Positions 1-7,714 of a stretch of 13,806 nucleotides of DNA are shown one piece after another. Position 1 is the stretch's first letter. Every line of letters begins with the position of its first letter. Source of the stretch: a bacterium (GTDB lineage: Bacteria; Desulfobacterota; DSWW01); assembly GCA_040756235.1 (NCBI GenBank), contig JBFLZG010000099.1, positions 1 to 13,806 on the forward strand. Reading direction: 5' to 3'. Made by a program: the position numbers and the translations under genes. The notes beneath the pieces were generated by a model. The model searched no databases and was not told the DNA's origin. It worked only from the letters and a program-made list of their open reading frames with translations.

Positions 1-7
1 CGGCGTT

Positions 8-67
8 GTAGGGCGCCGCTTGCTGCGTCTGTGTCGGTCTTGTAGGGGCGACGCATGCTGGCGCCCT
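8..67 (+). repeat. Pair of degenerate GTAG-tagged REP-like palindromes
   Basis: GTAGGGCGCCGCTTGCTGCGTCT (8-30) and GTAGGGGCGACGCATGCTGGCGCCCT (42-67). The second shares its first 17 nt with the perfect REP at 7738-7762. Confidence 0.75.
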
Positions 68-101
68 CATACGTTCATCCACTCTCGGAAGGAGCTCGAG
101 A

Positions 102-1409
102 TTGCCCAGAGCAGCGAAGAAGACGTTGCCGGAGTTCGAGCTGGAGGTCGAGCGGCTGGTCTTCGGAGGTGAGGGGCTCGGGCACTGGGAGGGTCGCCCC
201 GTGTTCGTGTTCGGGGCGCTTCCGGGCGAGAGGGTCCGCGTACGGCCGGTCCAGGCACGCAGGAAGTTCGTCAAGGCCGAGCTGCTCGAGGTCGTCAGGG
301 CTTCGAGAGACCGGCTGCCGCCCAGGGAAGAGCACTACCTCGCCTGCAGCCCCTGGCAGGTCATGCCCTACGAGCGGCAGCTCTTCCACAAAAAGGAAGT
401 CACCGTGAGCTCCTGGCAAAAGATAGCCGGGGAGCTCCCGTCGCAGGACGTCGTGCTGGTCCCCGGCCCGCGGCAGCTCGGGTACCGCAACAAGCTCGAG
501 CTCAGCTTCACGCAGGATCCCGAGGGCAGGCTGACCTTCGGCTTCAACCGGCGTTACCGGCACCAGCAATACTACAGTCTCGAACGGTGCGTGCTGGGCC
601 ACGATCGCATCAACGAGGCGGCCGTCACCGTGCTGGAGGTGTTGCGAGGAGCCGGCGTCGCACCGGAGGCCCTGAAGAACCTGGTCGTCCGGTCCAGCTT
701 TTCCCTGGAGCAGTGCCTCTGCGTGCTCTATGTGACGGAGCCCGGTTTTGCGCCCCTCGAGCCGGACGGGGCCGACCTCCAGGGCTGGCTGGTCGTCTAC
801 TCGGACCCGAGGTCGCCGGCGGCCGTGGTCACACGGGTCCTGCATCGCCGCGGCCAGGAGCATCTGGAAGAGAAGCTCGGGGGAACGACGCTGGCCTACG
901 GCCACGACCTGTTCTTTCAGACCAACCCGGAGGCCTTCTCCCTGGCCGTGTCCCACCTCAGAGACCGAATTCGCGGGGGCGGAACCCTGGTCGATCTCTA
1001 CGCCGGGGTCGGCACGATCGGGTTCCTGCTCGCGGAGAGGTTCGAGCGAGTGATCGCGGTGGAGATGCACGAGCGGGCCGCGGAGTACGCCCGCATGAAC
1101 CAGGCACGAAACGCCACCAGGGGTGTCGTCATGATCACAGGAAAAGCCGAAGAGCGCGAGCTCCGATCGCTCATGGCGGCCGGAGACACCCTGGCCGTAG
1201 ACCCCCCGCGCAGCGGCCTGCATCCCAAGGTGCTGCAGGCGATCGAGGAGCACACGCCCAGGCAGATCCTCTACGTCTCCTGCAACCCCACGACCCAGGC
1301 TCGGGACTGGGCACGGCTCAAACACCTGTACGCAGTAGCCGACTGGACCTTGTTCGATTTCTACCCTCAGACCCCCCACGTGGAGAGCGTCCTGATCCTG
1401 GAGCGCTGA
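102..1409 (+). CDS. rlmD: 23S rRNA m5U methyltransferase, RlmD/RumA (TrmA family), with N-terminal TRAM domain
   Basis: 435 aa, TTG start with AAGGAG at 89-94. TRAM-like N-terminus (LVFGGEGLG..VFVFGALPGE), YRNK, FFQTN, SAM-binding DLYAGVG, DPPRSG, catalytic YVSCNP, and FYPQTPHVE. The exact RNA target cannot be read from sequence. Confidence 0.85.
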   Translation: MPRAAKKTLPEFELEVERLVFGGEGLGHWEGRPVFVFGALPGERVRVRPVQARRKFVKAELLEVVRASRDRLPPREEHYLACSPWQVMPYERQLFHKKEVTVSSWQKIAGELPSQDVVLVPGPRQLGYRNKLELSFTQDPEGRLTFGFNRRYRHQQYYSLERCVLGHDRINEAAVTVLEVLRGAGVAPEALKNLVVRSSFSLEQCLCVLYVTEPGFAPLEPDGADLQGWLVVYSDPRSPAAVVTRVLHRRGQEHLEEKLGGTTLAYGHDLFFQTNPEAFSLAVSHLRDRIRGGGTLVDLYAGVGTIGFLLAERFERVIAVEMHERAAEYARMNQARNATRGVVMITGKAEERELRSLMAAGDTLAVDPPRSGLHPKVLQAIEEHTPRQILYVSCNPTTQARDWARLKHLYAVADWTLFDFYPQTPHVESVLILER

Positions 1410-1440
1410 AGCGCTTTTTGAGCGCACTTTGCTCCATCGG

Positions 1441-1472
1441 AATTCCCCCGACCCCCTTTTGCAGAAGGGGGG
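1441..1472 (+). repeat. Poly-C/poly-G hairpin repeat
   Basis: AATTCCCCCGACCCCCTTTTGCAGAAGGGGGG. A related copy lies on the minus strand at 9778-9814. Confidence 0.7.
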
Positions 1473-1488
1473 TGAAAGGGGCGCAGAG

Positions 1489-1511
1489 GGATTCCCGCTT
1501 GCGCGGAATGA
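1489..1511 (+). repeat. dRS3-like / CGTC-family right arm
   Basis: GGATTCCCGCTTGCGCGGAATGA, i.e. ATTCCC-N8-GGAAT. Its first 18 nt are identical to 7787-7804. Confidence 0.7.
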
Positions 1512-1520
1512 TGTAGTAGA

Positions 1521-1577
1521 TCAATCGGGCCGTGCGGAAGGTCCTGCTCGAGGCCTTCCGCACGCTCCCGGCATTGA
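1521..1577. terminator. Long hairpin between convergent genes (possible terminator or 3' stabiliser)
   Basis: Perfect 11-bp arms CGTGCGGAAGG (1531-1541) / CCTTCCGCACG (1554-1564), extended by CGGG/CCCG and TCAAT/ATTGA. No clear U-tract. Confidence 0.45.
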
Positions 1578-1593
1578 GGTTCGGCTGTTCGAC

Positions 1594-2082
1594 TCAGCCG
1601 CAATCGACTTGAGGCGGACAGGCGGATGGTACAGCTACGCCCTGGCAGATACTCGGCTTTTGCTCGACCGTGTAATACTGCATCGTCGACAGGAGCTTGG
1701 CGCCATCGATTTCACTGCCCAAGACCTCGAAGCGTAGCCAACGGCTGTCTCCCTCGGGTGTGATCTCCTGAACTTTCAGATCGTACCGGTCTCTCATCAA
1801 CTCGTTCGCTCCGACCCGGCGCGCATTCATCTGCCAGTCAGCCACATTGCACCAGGAAACCGTTCTCGGCTGGTCCAGCCCGATGCCTTCGTAAGTGAAC
1901 CCCTGACGATTGAGCCGGATAGAAGTGGCGTAAGCAGGGGATTTCTGCAGCTCGGGCTGCTGCAGGTGGATTTTCAAGTCTTCCTCGGGCTGCACCGCCA
2001 GCGCGCTGCTGCGGAGGCCTGCTAGCCCGAAGGTCAAGGAAAAGACAAGGGCCGCGACGGCCCAGGGATTCGCTCGTTTCAT
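1594..2082 (-). CDS. Hypothetical secreted protein (162 aa), possible PH-like fold
   Basis: ATG at 2082 with GGAGG upstream, preferred over the ORF-track start at 2382. Sec-type signal MKRANPWAVAALVFSLTFGLAGLRSSALA. Globular-looking mature part with 4 Cys. Confidence 0.7.
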   Translation of the reverse strand: MKRANPWAVAALVFSLTFGLAGLRSSALAVQPEEDLKIHLQQPELQKSPAYATSIRLNRQGFTYEGIGLDQPRTVSWCNVADWQMNARRVGANELMRDRYDLKVQEITPEGDSRWLRFEVLGSEIDGAKLLSTMQYYTVEQKPSICQGVAVPSACPPQVDCG

Positions 2083-2083
2083 C

Positions 2084-2152
2084 TGAACCTCCCGGAATCG
2101 AAGTTGTGGATTCTTGAACCTCCCGGAATCCAGGTTGTATGTCTTGGATTCC
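2084..2152 (-). repeat. 31-bp-period tandem duplication of the RBS region
   Basis: TGAACCTCCCGGAATC occurs at 2084-2099 and 2115-2130. The two units match at 24/31 positions. Confidence 0.8.
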
Positions 2153-2405
2153 CATCGCTTGCCGGGCGGTTCAGCACCGCGCATCCCCCCGAGAGCATTG
2201 CTCTTTGCCGACGAGCGCTGGCGCCGTTCCGGGCTGCGCCCGGGTCGGAGTCCCGGTGGCGGGAACGGCCGGCCTTCCCGGATACCCGGACGGGCGCAAA
2301 ACCATCCAAAAAATGTCGGAATTCGGGTGCTGCCGAGTCCCCGGAAAAGCACCCGCTTTCCATGACTTTCGATGAGACCCAAAAGTCGGAGCGAGGAGGA
2401 CAGCC

Positions 2406-2894
2406 ATGCGACTCAACTCCCTAAAGGATCTATATATCAGTGAGTTGGAGGACATCTACGATGCCGAGAACCGGATGATGAAGGTCCTGCCGAAACTGGC
2501 CAAGGCCTGCTCACGGGACGAGCTGAAGAGCGTGTTTCACGAACAGCTCGACACCACCCGGAGGCAGCAAGAGCGGCTGGAAAGGATCTTCGGCATGCTG
2601 GACCGCAAGCCGTCCAAGCGGAAATGCGACGGCATCCGGGGCATCATCGACGAGAGCCAGGAGTTTCTGGGCAACAGCGCAGACCCGAGGGTGCTGGACG
2701 CCGCCATCATCACATCCACCCAGAGGCTGAAGCACTACGAGATGTGCGTTTACGGGTGCCTGCGTTCTTTCGCACAGACTCTCGGCTTCAAGGACCAGGC
2801 GGATTTGCTGCAGGAGACTCTCGACGAAGAAGGCGATACGGACCATCGGCTCACGAACATTGCCGAATCCGTGAACATGCAGGCCGTCTTGTGA
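2406..2894 (+). CDS. Ferritin-like domain protein, YciF/DUF892 family
   Basis: 162 aa with GAGGAGG RBS. Family pattern SLKDLY..ELEDIYDAE..LPKLAKA..ERLERIF..KC.GI.GII.E..DAAII..Q..HYE..YG.L...A..LG..LLQETLDEE..TD..LT.IAE. Confidence 0.9.
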   Translation: MRLNSLKDLYISELEDIYDAENRMMKVLPKLAKACSRDELKSVFHEQLDTTRRQQERLERIFGMLDRKPSKRKCDGIRGIIDESQEFLGNSADPRVLDAAIITSTQRLKHYEMCVYGCLRSFAQTLGFKDQADLLQETLDEEGDTDHRLTNIAESVNMQAVL

Positions 2895-2952
2895 TTGCGA
2901 ATGGTCCGAGCGATGATCTGAAACCTGCAGAGCAGGTGGACAATAGGAAAGA

Positions 2953-3066
2953 CGTCATCCCGGCCCGAATGCGGAGCGCGTGTAAGCCGGGATCCGCAAG
3001 CGTGGCAGGGAATGGATCCCGGCCTCCGCCGGGAGGGACTGGATTCCGGCCTGCGCCGGAATGACG
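2953..3066 (+). repeat. CGTC-tagged composite palindromic element (dRS3-like arms), copy 1
   Basis: Terminal inverted repeat CGTCATCCCGGC / GCCGGAATGACG (11/12). Left arm is 39/43 identical to 7819-7861. Right arm 3034-3066 is identical to 7892-7924. An extra degenerate right arm lies at 3007-3033. Confidence 0.85.
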
Positions 3067-3118
3067 AAAAGTCGCATTCCGCCCTCCGGGGCTGTGTCGT
3101 ATTCGGAACTCACTCGCA

Positions 3119-4558
3119 TCAGAGGCCGCCCGAGGCGGCCTTCGGCTTCCTGGGCCTCCTCGGGAGCCCGCTCACCTTGCTGGCGCGCTCGCCGATGTCG
3201 ATCGGGTAATCCCCGGTGAAGATCGAGGTGCAGAGCTGCTCTTCGGGAACTCCGACCGCCCGAATCAGGCCGTCCCTGGAGAGGTAGTGGAGGGAGTCGG
3301 CTCCGATGTGCTCCAGGATCCCGTTATCGCCCATCCGGAAGGCGATCAGCTCTTCCTGCAGCGGTGTGTCGATTCCGTAGAAATCGGGAAAGACCACCGG
3401 CGGGGAAGCGATTCCGACGTGCACTTCCCGTGCCCCTGCTCTCCGGATAATGCGGATGATCTCGGCCACGGTCGTCCCCCTGACGATCGAGTCATCGATG
3501 AGCACGACCCGTTTGCCGGCCACGGCCTCGGGCAGGGGATTCAGCTTCATCCGGACACCCCACCGGCGCAGGTGAGGGTCCGGCCGGATGAAGGTCCGGT
3601 GGATGTAACGGTTCTTGATGAGCCCGTTGTCGAACGGGATCCCCGTGGCGCTTGCATATCCCAGGGCTGACGGGATGGCCGAGTCCGGAACAGGGACCAC
3701 CAGATCGGCGTCGGCCCGCCACTCGGCCGCGAGCTGCGTCCCCAGCTTCCTTCTGACCTCGTTGACCCTGCGGCCGGCCAGGATGCTGTCGGGACGGGCG
3801 AAATAGACGAGCTCGAACACGTCCAGCCTCGGTCTGCCTTCGACGATCCGAGTCCACCGCGGTCCGTCGCCGTCCACGACCACCATCTCGCCGGGCTCGA
3901 TCTCCCGGACGAAGGATGCGCCGACCGTATCCAGTGCGCAGGTCTCGGACGAGATCACATGGCAGCTTTCATCGAGCTTGCCGATGGCCAGGGGCCGGAT
4001 ACCGCACCGGTCCTTCACCGCGGCGAGGCTGTCGCGCGTCATGGCCACGAACGAGAAGACCCCCGTGAAGAGCGGATAGACTTCCACGATCGCTTCCTCG
4101 AGCGACTTCCCTTCGGACAGGAAAAGAGCGATCGCCTCGGCCATGCATTCCGAGTCGTTCTTCCCGTCCGTGTCGATGCGGTGCGCGGCGAGCATCCGTT
4201 TCAAACGGTGGAAGGACGGCAGGTTCCCGTTGTGCGCAAAGGCGAGCTCGAACCCGGCCCCGGCCTTCAACACGGGCTGCGCGTGGATGCCGGAAGGGCC
4301 CCCCGACGTGGAGTAGCGATTGTGACCGATCGCCAGGTGACCGGGCAGCCCGGCCAGCGTCGGCTCGCTGTAGACATGCGCCACGAGCCCCTGCCCCTTG
4401 TGGACCCGGATCGACGTGCCGTCCGAGGCGGCGATGCCCGAGCTTTCCTGCCCGCGATGCTGAAGAGCCCACAGCCCGTGGTAGGTCAGCCTTGCGGCCT
4501 CGAAGCCATTGCCGTGGACGGCGAAGACTCCGCATGCTTCCTTGAGACGGTCGCTCAT
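3119..4558 (-). CDS. purF: Amidophosphoribosyltransferase (glutamine PRPP amidotransferase), propeptide type
   Basis: 479 aa from ATG 4558. Propeptide MSDRLKEA followed by nucleophilic CG, then LQHRGQE, GHNRYST, AHNGN, VYFARPDS, PVPDS, PRPP-binding VLIDDSIVRGTT and YGID. Confidence 0.96.
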   Translation of the reverse strand: MSDRLKEACGVFAVHGNGFEAARLTYHGLWALQHRGQESSGIAASDGTSIRVHKGQGLVAHVYSEPTLAGLPGHLAIGHNRYSTSGGPSGIHAQPVLKAGAGFELAFAHNGNLPSFHRLKRMLAAHRIDTDGKNDSECMAEAIALFLSEGKSLEEAIVEVYPLFTGVFSFVAMTRDSLAAVKDRCGIRPLAIGKLDESCHVISSETCALDTVGASFVREIEPGEMVVVDGDGPRWTRIVEGRPRLDVFELVYFARPDSILAGRRVNEVRRKLGTQLAAEWRADADLVVPVPDSAIPSALGYASATGIPFDNGLIKNRYIHRTFIRPDPHLRRWGVRMKLNPLPEAVAGKRVVLIDDSIVRGTTVAEIIRIIRRAGAREVHVGIASPPVVFPDFYGIDTPLQEELIAFRMGDNGILEHIGADSLHYLSRDGLIRAVGVPEEQLCTSIFTGDYPIDIGERASKVSGLPRRPRKPKAASGGL

Positions 4559-4700
4559 TTTCAAAAGCCTTTCCCCTGATTCATGAGGCAGGCCGCCGGG
4601 TCCCGGGGAGGGCGCGGCAAACTGCGCCCCCTGCAAGTCTCGCGGGTCCGGCGGCCGGGACGACGAAATACGACAGCGCATCTGCTATTTTCTGCTATCT

Positions 4701-4729
4701 ATTGTATTACCTGCAGCGGGGGTTGGCAC
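4701..4729 (-). promoter_or_regulatory. Candidate sigma70-type promoter for purF
   Basis: Minus-strand GTGCCA-N17-TACAAT in the locally AT-rich part of the divergent purF/nuoA spacer. Confidence 0.35.
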
Positions 4730-4899
4730 CCCCGGAGGGACTCGGAGGAAATCTTTCTGCCTTGCTTTTCCGGCCTCCTCGTAGAGAAACCACTTTCTAA
4801 CAGGCTGCATCTAGTTAATACCTTGCGTGGTCTGTACGTGGGGTCTTGCGGCGTCACCCTTTCGAGCTGAGAAACCCCAAGGAGCGGCAGCGCAATCGG

Positions 4900-5334
4900 A
4901 TGCAAGCGGTATCCCATGCAGGGGCCCTGTCACCGTGGGCGCCAGGCGTCTTCAGCCTGGCTGCCTACGGTGCGTTGGTCGTCCTCTTGACCGTGGCCCT
5001 CCTTGCGCTGGCCTCGTGGTTGGGTGAAAGGAAATCCACCCCGGAAAAACTGAGGCCCTACGAAAGCGGAATCATTCCCACCGGGACGGCGCGCCTGCGC
5101 TACCCGGTGCCGTTCTATCTCGTGGCCATCTTCTTTCTCATCTTTGATGTGGAAGGGGCCTTCATCTTCTCATGGGCCGTGGCGTTCCCCGACCTGAGCC
5201 TGGGGGGCTTCCTGCAGATGGCGTTCTTCATCGTCTTGCTGCTTCTCGGACTGGTCTACATCTGGAGGAAAGGGGGATTCGAGTGGGGAACAGGGAGACG
5301 CAAGGATCCCTTGAGCCCGGGGGCGCGATCCTGA
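4900..5334 (+). CDS. nuoA: NADH-quinone oxidoreductase subunit A
   Basis: About 144 aa from ATG 4900 (start uncertain). Three hydrophobic segments, [20 protein letters not shown] and [10 protein letters not shown]. Confidence 0.93.
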   Translation: MQAVSHAGALSPWAPGVFSLAAYGALVVLLTVALLALASWLGERKSTPEKLRPYESGIIPTGTARLRYPVPFYLVAIFFLIFDVEGAFIFSWAVAFPDLSLGGFLQMAFFIVLLLLGLVYIWRKGGFEWGTGRRKDPLSPGARS

Positions 5335-7685
5335 GCGTCGCGGACGCCCTCATCAACTGGTCCCGGCAGTTCAGCCTCTGGCCGATGTTCTTCGGGCTCT
5401 CCTGCTGTTTCGTGGAAGAGGCGGTGGCCTTCACTCCGCGCTACGACCTCGCTCGCTTCGGCGCCGAGGTCCTCAGGCCGTCGCCGCGCCAGTCGGACCT
5501 GCTCATCGTCTCCGGAACGGTTTTCAAGAAGATCGCGCCGGTCGTGCTCCGCCTGTATGAGCAGATGGCGGAGCCCAAGTGGGTCATCTCGATGGGTTCC
5601 TGCTCCAACACCGGAGGCATGTACGACGTATACAGCGTAGTCCAGGGCGTGGATCAGATCCTGCCGGTGGACGTCTACATTCCGGGGTGCCCGCCGCGGC
5701 CCGAGGCCGTGCTTCAGGGGCTGGTGCTCCTGCAGCAGAAGATCGCCTCCGAGAGGCCGACCCGCAGCATCTTCCGGCGCGGTGGCGGAACCCAGGGCAG
5801 CCAAAAGCCGGTGCTCGTGGACGGCGAGACCAAGTCCAGGGACTCCCGCGGACCCGGGATGGAAGGAATCCCCCTGCGCGGCACTTCCGTGTACCCCCCT
5901 GATTTCTGGGGCAGCCGCTCGGACGTCATGTGGACACCTCCGCCGCGGCAGATCGAGCTGGGGAAGCGGGACGAGGATCTTGCGCGGGCTCTGGGCGAGC
6001 GCTTCGGGGCAAGCCTGGAGCGGATCTCGCCGGTCTCCGACATGCTGACCTTCCGGGTGGCGGCAGACCGAGTGCGGGACGTGCTTCGATACCTCAAGAC
6101 CGGGGCGACCCCGCGGTACCGGCGCCTGGACGACCTCACCGCTGTCGACGAAAGCGCGCGCCGCCGGGACCCGGACCGCGCTTCCTCTGCGGATTACACC
6201 CTCGTCTATCAGCTGCTCTCCTTCGATCCCCCGGGCCGCGTGCGCCTCAAGGTGGGGCTGGGGGGCGAGAACCCGGTCGCGCGGACGGTCACGGACCTCT
6301 GGCCTTCGGCCAACTGGTACGAGCGGGAAGTCTGGGACATGTTCGGCATCCGCTTCGAGGGGCATCCGAACCTGCGCCGCATCCTCATGCCGCATGACTG
6401 GGAAGGGCATCCCTTGCGCAAGAGCTACCCGGGCCGGGCCACCGAAATGGCGCCCTACACGCTCGAGGACGCCCGGACGCAACAGCCCCTGGACGGGGCC
6501 CTGTACATCGAGAAGTACGGCGAGGGCCGGCTCATCCTGAATTTCGGTCCCCATCACGTGGGGACGCACGGCCTGATCCGCTTCGTCATCTCCCTGGACG
6601 GCGAGGTGGTCACCGAGCTCGACACCGACATCGGCTATCACCACCGGGCGGCCGAGAAGGTCGGGGAGCGCCAGACCTGGCACCAGTTCATTCCGTACAC
6701 GGACCGGGTCGATTACCTGGCCGGCGCGGCCAACAACCTCCCCTACGTGATGGCGGTGGAGACGCTCGCGGACATCCGGGTGCCGGACCGGGCGCAGTTC
6801 ATCCGGGTGCTGCTCTCGGAGCTGTTTCGGCTGAGCAACCACCTCGTCTGGCTCGGGACCTTCGCCCACGATCTGGGTGCCATGGGGCCGAACTTCTATA
6901 CCTTCCGCGAGCGCGAGATCCTCATGGACATCGTGGAGCTCATCACCGGAGGCCGCCTCCACCCTTCCTGGTTCCGGCTGGGGGGCGTCGCCGCGGACCT
7001 GCCGGACGGGTGGAAGGAGGCGGTGGAGAGCTTCGTAAGGCTGTTTCCGGGGCGCCTCAGGGAGTATGAGGCGCTGCTCACGAAGAACCCGATCTTCAAG
7101 GCCCGCACCCGCGGGATCGGCGTCCTCACTCAGGACGACGCCATGGAGTGGGGGGTCACCGGCCCGAACCTCAGGGCCTGCGGGCTGGAGTGGGACCTGA
7201 GAAAGAAATTCCCTTACTCCGGATATGAAGCTTTCGATTTCGATGTGCCCACGGCTACCGGGGGCGACTGCTACTCCCGCTATCTCGTGAGAATCGAGGA
7301 GATGCGCCAGAGCCTGCGGATCATCGAGCAGGCTGCGCGCCGCATGCCTCCGGGCCGCTACGTGACGGATGACTACCGGTACGTCATCCCGGAGCGGAAG
7401 GACATGCTCACGGCCATCGAGAGCCTGATCCACCACTTCGTCAACGTGACCCGGGGCCCCAAGATCCCGAGGGGCGAGGCTTATGTCGCAGCCGAAATCC
7501 CGCGAGGCGAACAGGGCTACTACGTGGTGAGCGACGGGGTCGGTTACGCTTACCGTATGCGGATACGGGGCCCGGGGTTCGCCAATGTGCAGATCATGCC
7601 GCATCTGGCGGTGGGAGGAAGCATCGCCGACCTGCTCGCCGTGATCGGCTCGCTGGATTACATCCTGCCCGACATCGATCGGTAG
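5283..7685 (+). CDS. nuoBCD: NADH-quinone oxidoreductase fused subunit B/C/D
   Basis: One open frame contains NuoB ([22 protein letters not shown]2 ligands), NuoC ([28 protein letters not shown]) and NuoD (GPHH..THG, GYHHR..EK, DRVDY, E.PRGE, DIDR end). GTG at 5283 after a G-rich RBS is the likely start but is uncertain. Confidence 0.93.
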   Translation: MGNRETQGSLEPGGAILSVADALINWSRQFSLWPMFFGLSCCFVEEAVAFTPRYDLARFGAEVLRPSPRQSDLLIVSGTVFKKIAPVVLRLYEQMAEPKWVISMGSCSNTGGMYDVYSVVQGVDQILPVDVYIPGCPPRPEAVLQGLVLLQQKIASERPTRSIFRRGGGTQGSQKPVLVDGETKSRDSRGPGMEGIPLRGTSVYPPDFWGSRSDVMWTPPPRQIELGKRDEDLARALGERFGASLERISPVSDMLTFRVAADRVRDVLRYLKTGATPRYRRLDDLTAVDESARRRDPDRASSADYTLVYQLLSFDPPGRVRLKVGLGGENPVARTVTDLWPSANWYEREVWDMFGIRFEGHPNLRRILMPHDWEGHPLRKSYPGRATEMAPYTLEDARTQQPLDGALYIEKYGEGRLILNFGPHHVGTHGLIRFVISLDGEVVTELDTDIGYHHRAAEKVGERQTWHQFIPYTDRVDYLAGAANNLPYVMAVETLADIRVPDRAQFIRVLLSELFRLSNHLVWLGTFAHDLGAMGPNFYTFREREILMDIVELITGGRLHPSWFRLGGVAADLPDGWKEAVESFVRLFPGRLREYEALLTKNPIFKARTRGIGVLTQDDAMEWGVTGPNLRACGLEWDLRKKFPYSGYEAFDFDVPTATGGDCYSRYLVRIEEMRQSLRIIEQAARRMPPGRYVTDDYRYVIPERKDMLTAIESLIHHFVNVTRGPKIPRGEAYVAAEIPRGEQGYYVVSDGVGYAYRMRIRGPGFANVQIMPHLAVGGSIADLLAVIGSLDYILPDIDR

Positions 7686-7714
7686 GGCGAGGACGATAAA
7701 TGGAAACGTTGGGG

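Noticed and set aside
75..1427. Long antisense ORFs (also 5256-7604, 8380-9858, 9750-11105, 11112-12329, 12388-13743)
   Set aside because: They shadow well-supported genes on the opposite strand, are expected in high-GC DNA, and show no recognisable motifs.
2084..2152. Mini CRISPR array
   Set aside because: Only two units, with ~15-nt intervening sequences that resemble each other, and no cas genes.
2260..2340. GGGCGCAAAACC...TGCCG resembling a cyclic-dinucleotide (GEMM-I) riboswitch
   Set aside because: No GNRA-capped P2 stem, no upstream GGCAAA-type motif and no convincing P3. An Infernal search with RF01051 would settle it.
2083..2382. N-terminal extension of the 262-aa ORF; likewise the extensions 4559-4681 (purF), 4846-4899 (nuoA) and 5172-5282 (nuoBCD)
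   Set aside because: Low-complexity translations of UTR or overlap sequence. Downstream starts fit the RBS, signal peptide, propeptide or family N-terminus better.
3123..3141. AGGCCGCC/GGCGGCCT hairpin as a terminator
   Set aside because: It lies inside the last codons of purF, has no real U-tract, and is plausible by chance at this GC content.
4559..4700. Purine, ZTP or PRPP riboswitch upstream of purF
   Set aside because: I could not find the consensus motifs on the minus strand.
4724..4740. Sigma54 promoter (TGGCAC) for the nuo operon
   Set aside because: No TTGC -12 element at the required spacing.
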